DNA from: Podarcis gaigeae
Lineage: Eukaryota
Reading direction: 5' to 3' (one strand)
Assembly: GCA_964106915.2 (NCBI GenBank)
Contig: OZ066922.1
DNA: 64,000 nucleotides
Below are positions 49,025 through 61,675 of this stretch, piece after piece; position 1 is the stretch's first letter; each line of letters opens with the position of its first letter. Under the pieces are notes generated by a model that saw only the letters and a list, made by a program, of their open reading frames with translations, made no database searches and had not been told where the DNA came from. Made by a program: the position numbers and the translations under genes.

Positions 49025-52000
49025 TATTCCAAGCACCTTTGACAAAACTGCAGGTCCCTCCAAGATTCTTTGGAGGAAGCCACGATTGTTAAAGTGGTAT
49101 AAGAGTCCTTTGAAGTTATAGCATGGATGTGACCTCTGTATGTATACAGATACAGAAAGTGCCCGACTGGGAGTCATCTAGAATAGGGTCTCCACTAATA
49201 ATAACAACCCACCTTTGCCCCCCAAATAAAATTGCATATGGTAGCCATGTGCACTTTTATCATGCCACCTTGCTTCAAAATAGGTTTCAAACACAACATT
49301 AAAAGGTTTTTCCTCAGTGCAGTGAGAACAGAAATGCAGTTGGTGCAGGGGTCTTTCCATAGATTTATTGGCCTTTGGATGAGACTTCTAACAATAAAGC
49401 ATATTCTATAGGAATCAGAATAAGTGCCATAGAGACAACTTCATTGTAATTCAGTTTGGAGTGGGCTTTTATTTTGCTCGATTTGTTATCCCCCTATGAC
49501 TATGCAGAAAAGTCTTGCTTCATATATAATTGGAAAATTGCATTCTTTTCTTAATTCCAGTAACTTGATCCTCTTCTTTTTGGTCTTCAGACCTTGCTTA
49601 TTTAGCTTCCAACTCCTTCATTTCCTTTTCTGTCTCTTCTAATCTGTCATTCAGCTGTCCTTTTTAGCTGATGCCACAGAGGTAATTTGCTTCTTATTAT
49701 AGTCTTTAAATGAGTCCCATACATTCAAAGCTGAACTATGATTGCTATTCTTTTCTGAAAGGCCCACCAGTCCTGAATCAGGTATATATTTCTTGCTTGA
49801 ATTCCAGTGTTCAGCATCTTCTTGACTTGAGTTAATAACTGATTGCTGGAGTGTGGTCACACATGGGAGATATATGATAAAGTAAATAAATAACATAAAT
49901 TGCCTGCTTTGCCATTTCTAACATTTGCATTGCATGCTTTGAAAAATCTTAAGACTCTGAATATAAGAGTCTGAAAGTTCTGTGCTAGTATTTAAAGCTG
50001 CAGTCCTAAATGCACTCACAAGGAGTACCCCCCATTGAGCATTGTTTTGGGAATAGTATATTTCTTTTACTTCATAAATAAATATGTTACTCACCTTTCA
50101 CTGATCACAAACTGGGACACAATGGTAGTAAAGCTCAATAAAATTATACTACCTATTATACTATTGATAAGCAGTAAATCAAGCAAAAGTACATACTCAA
50201 ATAACTATTTACAAAGTTCAAACAATTTACAAAGATTACATTCATTGTTTATTAAGTTCATATTCAATGTGAGTCTGAAGAGTCCATCCCATACTGTAGA
50301 AATTAGTTTTTGTTATTGGCTTCCTCATTACATCAGGAATTTCATCATCATCATCATATATGATGATTAAATATCATTTAAGTTTGATTTCTTGGCATAT
50401 ACAAATGCCAAAATTTGGGTCAGGCATGCTTTGATTGGTCATAGAGGACACCCACAGTGACACTGGAATTACTCGAATTGAAAACCTTGCGACTTTGGGG
50501 GGAGGTCATCCTCCCCCGCTTTGCAACTCCTCTTTACCCAACCAAATTTAAACTGTAATTCAGTTGGATCTAGAGATCTGAATATGTTCACAAACACCCA
50601 AGTTATTAGAAAGACTTCGCTAAGTGGAGAATGCTAAAATATGTTAGCATCATTTCCCAAGATGAGACTGTGATATGAGACCAATAATCTTTCTATCTCC
50701 TAAAAAACTTACTGGGATCTGTCTCTTCCTCATAGGATGGCAGGATAGTCTGCTGGATCTTGGCCAGCAAGCATTTGAGAGGGGAGAGATAGGCAGAAGA
50801 GAGAAGTACTGCTCAGGTTATACAGGCATACATTTGTTGAGCCTGGGATGCAGGAGCAGTACTGCTGAGCAGTAGAAGTTTATAAAGAGTTCAGAAAAAT
50901 GTCACTGTCCATAAAACTACAAAACTGTTCTATGATGATATGGCAGCAAATGTTTTCCTGGTGGAAGTAAAGATTATTAAATTGTTTAAGAAAATAATAT
51001 TTTTATTTAAAAATGTAATTCAAACTGACTTAGATGGGGAATGATAGCTAAAATAGCTTCAATGGAAAATAGTCAATGTGTTGACCTGGTGGTTTCTGGT
51101 AGGGAAAACCCATGATGGACAGGCAAACTATACTCCTGGGATTCATGGCTTGCCAATTCTGGGCTATGTCCACAAAACTGTCTAGGTCCATCAGCGCAGC
51201 TTCAGGACATGTAAGTATGGTGCTTGTTTTATTCCAAAACTTTCATTTTGAGAAATATACTCCCAGGGATAATTCATTTTGCAAAACAGATTTCCATATG
51301 TGCCCATACTGGAGTAATCAACCTCTGGGACACTTCTTCCGAATGGTTAAAAAAATGGTAGTAGTGTCAACTGCCAGAAAATTCAGGAAGACTATTCTGT
51401 AAATTAGAGATAGCTGGAAATAAGTGTTAAGCACAGACCTTAAGCATAGGGTTTAATGACTGCCAAAGCCAAGTGTTGAATTATGCAGGCTACAAAGAAG
51501 GAGTTGTCAGCATGGCTAGTGGTCGGGGATTATGGGAGCTGTAGCTCAAGAACATCCGGAGACCCAAGTTTGAGAAAGGCTGGTTTGGCATAGCAAAACC
51601 AGTTGCCAGTGCCCAGAAATAATTCAGCTCCAAAACTTTGCTAAGGTGGTCAGATGTTCCAAAGGGCTACACAAACGAAAGAGAGAGGTTCCACAGAAGC
51701 AAGTTCCTCATCTATTTGCTATAACTGGGAAAAGTGTAATTTACTCATCTCTGTTTCACTGAGCTGACAAAGGCCAATGATCTCTGCTTAAGATGGTGTC
51801 TGGAAATGGACATGGAAGATACTTGGAATTTGGAAAGGACCTAGGCAGTCATGTAGTCCAACCTTGGACAGGATCTGCAATAGAGGATGTAGTTTTACAG
51901 TTTTTATACTACTTAATTAGTCTTTAAACAATGCACAAAAACACATACTGCTGCTCAGCATTTGCTTAAAACAGCTCCAGCAAGGGAGAGCGTAATGCTT

Positions 52001-52059
52001 GCCATGGTAGCCCTTACAATATCTGATGAGCTATCGTATCTGCCCTTTATCATCTTCTG

Positions 52060-52290
52060 TCAAACTGCTCAACCCTGGTTCTTCTCCTTTGGATGTTCTG
52101 GTTTGTCAGTGTCCTCCTTAAAACAACGTGCCTGGAACTGGACACAGTACTCCATATGTGACCTGTCCAGTGAAGAATAGAGTGGAAGTAATATTTTTCA
52201 TGGTCTGGACACTATGCTTTTGCTCATGCAGCCAAATATTGCATTAGCCTTTCCAGCAGCTGCATTGCAATGCTGGCTTCCATTTTCACA
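52060..52290 (-). mobile_element. CR1 LINE fragment
   Basis: minus peptide SQHCNAAAGKANAIFGCM and EYCVQFQA, typical CR1 ORF2. Confidence 0.75.
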
Positions 52291-55080
52291 TTTACTGCTG
52301 CCAAGCCATGTCTCCATGGAGCATTTGCATACATGCCCTATAAATATTTGGTAGCACCATAGAAATATGCATGCCATTGGGACATTTGTTGCCACAGGAA
52401 GCTGTGTGTACACAGCAAAGTTCCACAACTTCTAGGAAATAACCATATTGGGAGGCCCTTTCTATTAGACAGGAATGGAGAAGCTATTATTACTTAGGGA
52501 TCTGTGTGGCTCTAAATATTGGGCTAATATAAAATTCATGTTTTCAGACATTCACACCATGAGTTCTTGTCTTTCTTTTCTACTTTAACAATACCCCAAG
52601 ACCTTTTAAAGTCAGGTTTTGGGTTGTTTGTACAGATGGTTAAAACATCCTGAAGAAAATAAACTGCCAAGAATCTGTAACTACATGGAGTTTGATGACA
52701 GGCTTCAGTTTAGTTCAAATCCTACTGATATCTTCAAGGCTGGGGCCTATGTAAAGAGATGAGGGTAGCCACAGAGGCATTTTCTTTTCCAAGCTATGCT
52801 GATAGGCTCTTTGCAGTAAATTTGACGAATAGAACTAAGAGGCAAGGACAGTAAGAGGAGACTCTGTATCCTGTTTCTCTTTCATCAGCAGCTTCCCAAG
52901 ACTACTTGCCAAGGGCAAGCAATTGATAGAAAAATGTGAATTTGATCTTGGTGCAGAAAAGCGTTTTGCATACCTTCTGTAACCATCTCCAATATTAACA
53001 AAATTGCTTCTTATGCCATAGGAAGCCCATTTAGCAGCAAGATGGTCTGCTACTTTTTCTTGGGAACTCGTCTCAGATGGCGAACATGAATAGGTTCTGA
53101 GTGTTATTGAAAATAAACTTGGGTTTCTTTGAGGCAAGCAAAAGTATTTTATCCACCAAATTAAAACACCATGTCAATTCTCTGTTTCTAATATATGGTG
53201 TCTGTGAAACTGATACATTGTATTATCTTGATTTTCATGCTTATTGTCCCCTTTGCAAAATAGTCGGCATCAATAGCACTTTATTTGCTCACATTGTTTA
53301 TATGATTTCACATTTAGCAGGCCCATTGAATCTTTGTCAAGAAACACATAGTCAGATCTTCCTTTCTGGCAAAGGCTTCTTGTTTGCAGCAAACACTGAC
53401 ATACAGACGCCAGTATTTCTCTTGTTGTTGCATCAAATGCTATGCATACTTCAACCTCCCCTAAAAAAGTAGTTTTGGCATAAAGTTGTGCTCAGCGAAA
53501 AATCTTCAAACATTTTCTCTTTTTCTCTCCATCCTTCTTTGTAATGATAGCTTTCTCACTTGGAAGAAGCCTAACCATGTATTCTAATGACTTTTATATG
53601 AAATGCTCAGCAGCTGATAAGAAAGTATTCACTTCATAATGCCCTGTTCTAAAGACCAGATCCGAGCAACCAACATCAACATAGGTTACAGTGCCAGGGT
53701 AGTTGACATCTCTTGTAGCTTTGACCTGGAATCAGTCCTGATTCACTTCCACTTCCCTCAAGGGTTGACCACAGGCAGAAGAAACTCCTCCACATATATC
53801 TAAAGATACAAAACAAATTAAAAATACTTCCATAGGTGGTAGGGATATTCAAAATTACTGTGGAGGAACTGAATTATGGAACCATTCATATTCAATCTCA
53901 AAGTCAAACATGCAACCAAAAAGGAGTATCTTTCAGGAGTATTGAGGCTGCAATCCTAACTCCTCCTAAAGCCCAATTGAATTCTGAGTAGACAGGATTT
54001 GACTTGCAGCCAGAGTGACTTAAATCAAGTGCAGAGAAGACTGACAGCAGTTCTCTTGTATAGTATCTTCAAGTAGTATCTTATTTAAGAGGCTCTGTTC
54101 AGTGACAGATTTACTAACCTCTGAGGTATAGTCCAAAAGCTGAAGTGACTTCTTTGCTGCAACAAAACTAACAGACAAAACCAGAATAACCCCTGAGTGG
54201 GTTTCATTTGGAGCATGGAAAGGCACAAAAATATTTACATAAGCTGGCATGGACTCGTGAAGAGAAGAGTCCTCTGGTAAAGAGAAGGAGCTCATGTTGG
54301 CCTGTTGTAGTTATAAACAGCTCCTAAAACAGAAGAAGATGGCATTCATCAAGTAATTGTAGAAGAACTAGAAATGGCAGCCAAATTGCATGATTTAACC
54401 AAATTCTGGCATATAAGATCCAGAATGGATCCTCGATTTATGACATAGATATAGGAAGAACATTTTGGACAAAAGTTTAGTTTGAACTAGACACAGCATC
54501 TAAATTTAATGTCCCTATTTTCCCTATTGGCCTTAAAAGACCCAGAAATATGACTCTCACTTGTTCCATCTGAGATCTCAGAGGTTGCTGTACTAAATCC
54601 ATAGAAATAAAGCAGAGTTATGTTATGAAATACCTGAGACATGAGTATCTTAAAGTTGGCAAGGAACATTTCTGTGCAGCATCAACAATCTTTGATAGGT
54701 TAAACTGGCATTGCCAGAAAAGAAAAAATACTATGTTGCAAAAGGTCATAAATATGCATAATGTTTGCATATGCTAATTTATATAAGAGAAAATTTAGGA
54801 ATCATTGCTATTATTTAAAGAGAAATACAGTGCAGATCCCCACCCTCACCCCCATGGGCCAACGTTAACAGGTGGATGGAGCCACAGTTTTCTCTCTTTA
54901 GCACCCCTGCTTGTCTCTTCCATGCCATTTATAGGGCAGCCACTGTAGCTTGGACATGCAGCTCATCCCTGGTGTTTTGACCCCACCCGTTTTTAAGCTG
55001 CTGGGATCACATACTGGTGGAACAACACTGAGACCAAGAACAGCAGTGCCACTATCCCACTCAAACCCTTGCAAGCACAT

Positions 55081-55410
55081 TCAGGAAAAACAAAAGAAAA
55101 TGTTTCTTCGTGTGATGCATAGTCTACTTATGGAATTCACTGCCATAAGATATGGTGATGGCTACCAGCTTATAAATGGCTTTAAGAGGAGATGAGACAA
55201 ATTCATGAGAAGATAGATCGTGTCCATTAGCTGTGATGGCTGTACAGAACTTCCAGTTTCAAAGGCAATGAACCTCTGAGCAACAGTTGCTGGGGTGCAA
55301 ACAGTAGGGAAGGGGCTGTGGTCTTCCTAGAACATCTCTCTGACCACTCTTGAAAAGTGGATCTTGAACTATAGGGAGCCAGATCCATAAGGGTGGTCCT
55401 CATAGCCTCT
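55081..55410 (+). mobile_element. CR1 LINE 3' end
   Basis: tatggaattcactgcca...gatggctaccagctt...gctttaagaggag...gacaaattcatg plus 3' UTR, like 27300-27615. Confidence 0.78.
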
Positions 55411-56984
55411 CAGCTCCATCTTATTTGGCAGGTAAATCCCACAACTGCAGAGCTTCCTTGAAGGTTCTTTTTCTTGGTGAGAAGATCCTGAAAAGCCAGA
55501 GGACAACTCTGACAAATGAACTGTCTTTCTGAACAACTATGTGAGGGTTGCAGTATGCAAGACACATGTTTGCTTAGCTCCCTGCATTTCTTTGTCTCTG
55601 AATAAAGAAATATGTCACTTAATATTTTAGGAAGCAATGCACACATAGACTCTGGCAGAACTCCGCCTTCTCTCACTCAGGTGGGAGCCGTGCCGCAACC
55701 CCAACAAAAACAAACACGAAAGCTGACAGGGGCTCGTTCCTTAGCCCATCAGCATTGGCTGGGGGAGGGGTGTGTGCCCTGGGCTTAATGCAGAACTGAG
55801 CTCTGCCCCTTCCCCCCATACAAGAAGCTGAAAGGTAAGCTGATTTCTCTTTTCATTATTTTCATCTGAGGATGGTCTACCACCATGTGTACCATTACAG
55901 AATAATTTGATCACATTTAATTGTGAATATATGAAAAACAGTGGGGCTGTAAAGGCTGGCTTACAGATCCCAAAACCTCTTCAAATAAGCTGCTGCAATT
56001 TCCCATTATGTTAGTGAACATCTCAGCATGCCAAAACCTTGATCCATAAAAAGCAGCAAATTAAATGTGGCTCCAGTGGTTTTGGAGTTGGACCAACAAG
56101 TTTATCTTATTAATGGATTCAAGAGAAAAGGTACCATTTTTATTACAATATTTTCTTAATGATAAAGGCAGTAATGGAATCTCAGCAGAGCACACCAAAG
56201 GAATCCAAGTTTGCTGGCAGTCAACTCAAATTTGCGTGCGTTTGGTACTGGGTTAAGGAGACTTGGCACTTGCCAACTTCTGTCTTCTGCCTTTTTCCCT
56301 TGTTTGAAAAAACAACAACACACACAGCCCTTTTGCTGTTTCACTATACTTACCAGTTGACATTTTCTTGGCTTTAACTGAAATTTTGACACATAAATCC
56401 CACATGTCAAATGATATTGTAAAACAAGCATCCAAGTGTCAGCACATAGTCCAATAGTCTGGGGACCAAAGAATAGAATAAGGAACACCTTTATAGAGTC
56501 TTTAATCTATCTCCAGCCATCTGCAAGTAATTTGAAACCAGTTTCAAAGGGAGCAAAGTTGCTCAGCCTGCTAATGTAGATGAAGCTAAAGCATAAGGTT
56601 GGTTTCATCTTAGCTTTATAGACTTACTAATGAGTAGATAAGATTTTTCTTTTATAGTCCAACTGTTTATTTTCTGATGCAAGAGTATTTTGACATCCCA
56701 AATATTTTGGCAGAAATATATGTAATTTCAAAATTTGACTAGTCTTTGTGAGATTTTATGATAATCTCTCAATGTGTGGGAAATGGTGTTCAGGTTTGCT
56801 GTCCCATTCAATGTTTGCATATAAGAGAGTATGTGAAATACAGTCTTGGTAAACAAATTGCACCTGATGTGCTACAGAAGCTAACACAGATCAGACTTTA
56901 TATCCACTGTGACTTCTGGACAAAGTCTGAGCAAGGTAAATGATTATTTTTGGGAACAGCCATATTACAAACCCTTGCCCTTCA

Positions 56985-57367
56985 AGAAACTTGAAGTTAT
57001 TCAATGAAACAATGTTAGGAGATTCAGGAGAGCTGAAAGGAAGTTCTTCACACAGCACATAGTTCAACTGCGGTAATTTGTTACCATGGGATACAGTGAT
57101 GACCACCAACTTGGACAATTAAAATGGGAATTATATAAATTCATGGATGATAAGGCAATCAATGGCTACGGCAGCTTTACATTTCCCTCAGTATTAGTGG
57201 CAATATGGCCCTGAATTCCAGTTGCTGGGAACCACAAATGGATGTTGGTATGGTGTTCATGTCCTTCTTGTTGTTTCTCATGGGCATTTGGTTGGCCAAT
57301 GTAAGAAGACAATACGAGATGAGATAGGTGTTTGGTATGACCCAGTAGGGCTACTCTTATGGTCTTA
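56985..57367 (+). mobile_element. CR1 LINE 3' end
   Basis: gattcagga...ttcttcacacagcacatagt...aaattcatggatgataaggcaatcaatggctac...ctcttatggtcttaa. Confidence 0.78.
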
Positions 57368-59129
57368 AATATAGACAAGTTTTAAAGTTTTATACCTTAG
57401 AACCTGAAATGCATTGTTTTGAACAAGAGCTCAGAATTCTTTAACAGCTTCATCATATAAAATGAACAAGAAATGTGAGTCACTTATGCTTTCAGTTCTT
57501 TGCACTTCACTGGAACAATCCAAGTGGAACTTCCATCTTGGAGAAATAAACTCCCCAAGTATAACGACAGCTTGAGCATCTCCTTTCTTGCTGCAGAGGT
57601 GAAAAAATGTGTGTAAGACGGAAAAGTAAAGACTCCTATTCGAATGTTTGTCAGAACTACGAAGAACAGATTGATTGATACACATGCTGCCCTTGCATTA
57701 CCGGTATTTCATATCAAAACACACACTCTTGGTGCTGTCACAGAAGTACGGCATTGTAGTTTACACTTTTGACCAGTGATTCAAGAATACTGGGACCACT
57801 GGAAATTCACAAAAGAATGTCTTCCATCTCTTCCTAGTGAATTTAACACAACAGTAGTCACTTACAGTCAGCACAGTTAACAATTCTGATCACAAAGCCT
57901 AACTTCTTCTGTATTTAGGATTTTGATAATCTCAATTTAAAAAGGCCAATAATAATATTGAATAACATTCCCAAAGCAAGTGGGGAAGTAAACTTCAGTT
58001 TGTAAATATTTTTTTCTACTTAAAATGGACTAAGGATGTGCGTGTGTGTGAACGTGAATGCATGTTCCCCAGGCATGACACACTGGTTGCTATTTCTTAT
58101 TCTTTAATTGTGCAATTTAATGTAGTTAAGTGGGCATTCCAGTGAAAGTTCATTTGCTATACAATCTGTTTTTATTGAGTTAGTTTATTTAGCACCTAGT
58201 GCCTATTAATTCAAAATGCAAGTATAATTGGGCATATTCATGGTTCACATAACTCCACTGATTTAAAGCTCTTACAGGAAGGATAGTTATAATTCACCTT
58301 ACTTATTCCATGGACACACATTTTTTCATAAATTATGGTGCTGTAACTTACATTTATGGCATATTTTAAGCAGTCCAATTATGCAACGTAACAGAGATTA
58401 CATGGCATGGTAGCAGAAACAACATCCTGGGTCAATCATTTACTAGTACAAGTTGCTGCAATAAAATGGCATTTTACCTGCATTACTCAAGGAAGAATTT
58501 AGCTCATCGGTATATGGAATGCTTGTAGAGCAACGGACATGTTGACAGTTTTGTTTGGCCTCATAAAAGTTCTTTTTGATCACTCTAAAATGAAAATAAT
58601 ACATGTAGTACATGCACTGCCTATTGTTCTTTCAGTCCGTTAAGAGTATGATAAAAACCAGACACCTCACTGGCTTTGAGCATAAAGATGAGCTAACAGA
58701 ATAACACATCATCAGTTAATATGGCAAATCCGGTACTCTTCATGTGCATATCTACAAAATTCAATTGGCTTCTTTTGTGACAAGACCTTTGATACAGAAA
58801 AAGTTAGGATCGTGTTTGGGCATTATTATTATCATTGCAGCTGCTGCTGTTGATAAGAAATTTATTACCCACCCTTCACCAGCGGATCCTAGGGCAATAC
58901 TGCCTATGCACCCACACAGCCCCACACAGGTAAGCAGTAATGCCATTGGCCTTGGAAAGGTGGGTCCCTCCCCTATGTGCCAGTACATCATGTGGACTAT
59001 GTGTTTTTCATCTTGACGTCAACTGCTGAAGCTGGTGTCAGTGTGGGAGGCAGCTGAAAGACCCAACTACTCATTATGTGAAAAATACGGGATTGCATCT
59101 CCCAGCATTTCTCAAAACTTCAGTACAAG

Positions 59130-59585
59130 GTGCTGGAGGCTCAGAATCTGATTAGAGCAGTGATGCTGAGGGGAGGTGGTACCTTATCTCTGCCTCATTC
59201 AATCAATCCTCGGAAGCTACTATTAGATCTAATGGGCGGAGGGCAATAAAGGAACGCTGACCTGGGCCTTGCATTCTGCAGCTGAGATCCATCGCAGGGT
59301 CCCACCAACAGGTATATAAGGCCGCCTCTGTAATGGTCCCCCATTTGTGGAATTCCCTTGTCTTGGAGGTGTTTCTTTCTCCCATGATGGTGGCTTTCCA
59401 GCATCATCTTAAGGCTCACCTTTTCATACAAACATTTGAGGAGAGTAGGAGAATGCTATTCTGATTATTTTTTGTGTTTATGCATCTAGTTTTAATTTCA
59501 TTTTAACTTTATTACAGGTTTTATCGGTTGGACACAACCTTGAAATTCTTCTGAAATAACAGGCATTCTAAAAATATAGTAAGCA
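59130..59585 (+). mobile_element. L2 LINE 3' fragment
   Basis: cccccatttgtggaattccctt...tttccagcatcatcttaaggctcacctttt then T-rich 3' UTR. Confidence 0.6.
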
Positions 59586-60959
59586 AACACATGGCTTATC
59601 CTGCTATTTACTGAGGAGAATTTTACCCCAGATTTCTGTGTGGCAAACTTTTCTTCAAAGGAAAATTGTCAAAGGACCCCAACAACCAGGTTGCCATGCC
59701 CGACATATATATAAATAGTCCGCCTAGCCACTAAAAAGGCTCAGCATAAAAATAAGCTAATAAATATAGTCAGAATATAACATTTCTAACCAATACAAAA
59801 GCAGGAGAAGAACACAGCTGAGAATAATATACCAGGGATGTTTTAAAAATGAGCATGTTAAATGCCTATCAAAAAAAGAAAAGTCTTTGTACAGCTGCTA
59901 AAAGCTATCAAATGGGGAGTGGGTGAAGCCAGCCTATCTAGGAAGAAGTACTAAAGTGTAAGCACTGAGAAGGCCCTGTCAAAAAAGTTAAGCGAGCCTC
60001 TGCAGATTATCTCAGTGAAGGAATATCATGTGTTTCATTAACTGAATTTGTAGGTCACCATTATACAGAAAAGCTGTGCTGACAAGAATTTGCAGTAATA
60101 CTTCTACTACTATTGGAGTGGGGGTAGGGGGGAGAAGAACAAAGGAAACAAAAAGTACACAAAATGTAAAGTGTATAATTTGCTACTTACCCAGCATTTG
60201 GTAAAGAGTTGTCTGCATTCACCCCATTTCTGGACAACAGTTTGCCTAAAAACCTTTAAAGGAAGAAAATTAGTGAACTAAAGTTACACAGGCGAGGGTT
60301 TTGACTGCCAGAAAAGATAGTTTTTCTTTGCCTCCCAATCTGTCTTTCATTATTTTGCCTTGAAAGGCTCATTGGACCTTAGCCATAATTTCTAACCCAC
60401 ATTTTAACAGCAACAGCAGCACGGCTACCTTTGAGAAGATGTATGGCTGCTTTGTGAACTACTTTTTTGGAATTAAACAGATCTGAATGTTTTTGATCTA
60501 TTTGTTAAAAATCAATCACACAAGTTAATAAAGGAAATTACTGCCATCTTCTTGGACAAAGTTACCTAGTGCACAAAAGTACAACATTCTTTAAATTAGG
60601 ATTGAAACGAACTTACTCCCCAAAGTTCTCCTCACAAATCTCCTTAGTGAATGTTGTTGTTTAACATGCACTATATATTTTATTGATGTTCAAATTCATG
60701 CTTCATGTTCAGCATTAAACCTCTGGGTATTACATTGGATTACACTGCTTAATATTTGATGACATTTTTAATTTATTTGTAATGTATTCTGCTATTAGAC
60801 ACTACTCCATAGATAACATGCAACAGAATGTAATGACTTACAGTGTTAAATTATTGCATTAAATAAGTCCTAATCAGATGTTCAAAAGAATCTGTGAGGG
60901 TCAAGTCTGTATGGAGCATGGGGCCTTGCGCATTGGCCCTTCTCACTGTGTCTACTTCA

Positions 60960-61115
60960 CCCCAATCTTTCCACATTTATAAAAGTCTGAAGGGTGATTT
61001 TAAGCACTCCTGCCTTTTCTCTAAACTAGACATTCCCAGATGCTGCAACCTTTCCTCATAGGAAAGTTGCTCCACCTCCTTCATAATTTTGGTTGTCCTT
61101 TTCTGAACCTTTTCC
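60960..61115 (-). mobile_element. CR1 LINE fragment
   Basis: RC gives EKVQKRTTKIMKEVEQLSYEERLQHLGMSSLEK. Confidence 0.8.
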
Positions 61116-61400
61116 AACAGCTTTGAAACCTTTTAAAAAAAAAAAAAAACCCAGCCAGGGCCCAACAAAAAGATGTTCTAGCTTTTCTTTTTAAAGAATT
61201 AATTTTTGAGAACTTCATTATGAAGTTAAAATAACAATCCAGGAAGAAATGTAAAATAAAGAGGGGGAAAGTACAAAATGAAAAAAACAAACAAACAGGC
61301 TTCATAGCCATTACCTCATAAAACAAAGTACATTCTCAAGAAACTACACAGTGAATTAGATGTTCTGGATTTTCTCAACACTGGATTGCAAAATGTCTAG

Positions 61401-61675
61401 CAGGGCTGCCCCACGCATGAGGCGTGGTGAGGCAGTCGCCTCAGGCAGCAGATCCAGCCTCTGAGGAGCACACCACATGCTGCCTCCTGTGCTTGTTGGC
61501 CATTGCCTGCTTCCAACCACTGCCTGCTTCTCTCTGGTCTCCTTTTACTCCCCATCACCTACAAAGTGCAGGGACTGCAGAAGAGGAGGAGGTGGTGATG
61601 GGGGTCCACAGAGGTGGAGGAACACCAGCACTTTCTGCTTTGCCTCAGGCAGCAAAATGTCCTGGGCCGGCCCTG
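61401..61675. mobile_element. hAT-type MITE
   Basis: TIRs cagggctgccc / gggccggccctg; 8-bp TSD atgtctag / gtgtctag. Confidence 0.85.

Larger units (their letters stand above)
48066..49134. mobile_element. old palindromic MITE, interrupted by younger insertions
   Basis: inverted ends ggtcgcatc.../...gatgtgacc and complementary arms ggctcccccaaagaat / attctttggaggaagcc. Confidence 0.6.

Noticed and set aside
49180-49900. Possible additional minus-strand pseudo-exon (81-aa ORF plus SCLYGTYSDSYRICFIV)
   Set aside because: No convincing acceptor or donor found, so it was left out of the exon list.
58478-58584. C-type-lectin-like 'KKNFYEAKQNCQ' in one frame of a pseudo-exon
   Set aside because: No downstream WIGL or Cys pattern, and an alternative frame fits the neighbouring exons equally well; domain call not supportable.
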